Shown: positions 63,602 through 64,000 of the stretch, piece after piece | Layout: each line of letters opens with the position of its first letter | Numbering within the stretch: the first letter of the stretch is position 1 | DNA from: an uncultured Dehalococcoidia bacterium | GTDB lineage: Bacteria; Chloroflexota; Dehalococcoidia; Lucifugimonadales; GCA-2712585 | Direction: 5' to 3' | DNA length: 64,000 bases | Assembly (NCBI GenBank): GCA_951812825.1 | Contig: OX638324.1 | Coordinates: 4,977 to 68,976, forward strand | The notes under the pieces: model-generated | Seen by the model: only the letters and a program-made list of their open reading frames with translations | The model's database searches: none | What the model was told of the DNA's origin: nothing | Made by a program: the position numbers and the translations under genes

Positions 63602-64000
63602 CTACCCGCGGCCGTGGCAGCGCTTGAACTTCTTGCCGCTGCCGCAGTAGCAGGGGGCGTTGCGGCCAATCTTTCTCGCCGCGCCGTTACGGGCGCGTCC
63701 GTTGGGCGGGGCCTTGGCAGGAGTGCCCGCGGGGGCTAGGGAGAGACGATAGATTCCGTGGACAACGTCGTCGCGCATCTGGTCCAGCAGGTCCTGGTAC
63801 ATGCGACGGCCTTCCCTCTGATAGGCCACCAGCGGGTTACGCTGGCCGTAGGCTTGAAGGCCGATGCCCTGTCGAAGTTTTTCGATGTCGGTAAGCTGCG
63901 CCTTCCAACCCAGATCCAGGGCTCTCAGCATGAGAATGCGCTCCAAGGCGCGCATTCTATCCTCACCCAGCTCTTCTTCCTTCTCTCGGTAGACCTCTCC
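63602..64000 (-). CDS. secA: preprotein translocase SecA, C-terminal part (partial, runs off window end)
   Basis: LRQGIGL.AYGQRNPL..Y.REG and SEC-C motif GRN.PC.CGSGKKFK.CHG. Confidence 0.85.
   Translation of the reverse strand, partial: GEVYREKEEELGEDRMRALERILMLRALDLGWKAQLTDIEKLRQGIGLQAYGQRNPLVAYQREGRRMYQDLLDQMRDDVVHGIYRLSLAPAGTPAKAPPNGRARNGAARKIGRNAPCYCGSGKKFKRCHGRG

Noticed and set aside
116-63739. Numerous long alternative-frame ORFs (e.g. 1825-2952, 11692-12627, 23931-25682, 52324-54150)
   Set aside because: They are antisense or out-of-frame shadows of well-supported genes, expected at high GC, with low-complexity Pro/Arg/Ser translations

Overview
High-GC bacterial chromosome segment, most consistent with Chloroflexota/Dehalococcoidia of the SAR202 type. 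That assignment is inferred from the GERE- tmRNA tag, the reductive-dehalogenase-like gene and the expanded acyl-CoA dehydrogenase, CoA-transferase and amidohydrolase paralogues. About 55 CDS were called. They include a CoA-dependent catabolic cluster (0-9 kb), a xanthine-dehydrogenase-family molybdoenzyme, two NHL propellers, a TAT-less RdhA-like protein, a 1.25-kaa repeat lipoprotein metallopeptidase, five amidohydrolases, a hydantoinase/oxoprolinase operon with twin deaminases, and housekeeping genes (ctpA, smpB, ssrA, ppx, coaX, coaBC, valS, 3' end of secA). The window also has three tRNAs (Val-CAC, Leu-CAG, Arg-GCG), one IS481-family element and many CGTC/GTAG-tagged REP-like palindromes, some nested. 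Top leads: (1) ppx followed by two translationally coupled, non-canonical 'thymidylate kinase' genes, a candidate heteromeric PPK3-type polyphosphate kinase module; (2) an unassigned 35-aa Trp-anchored repeat (about 17 copies) in a surface gluzincin; (3) the orphan RdhA-like gene with a palindromic operator; (4) an orphan NHLP-like peptide; (5) a GC-skew polarity switch across about 37-50 kb, suggesting a replichore boundary. All family assignments come from motif recognition by eye; no database searches were run.
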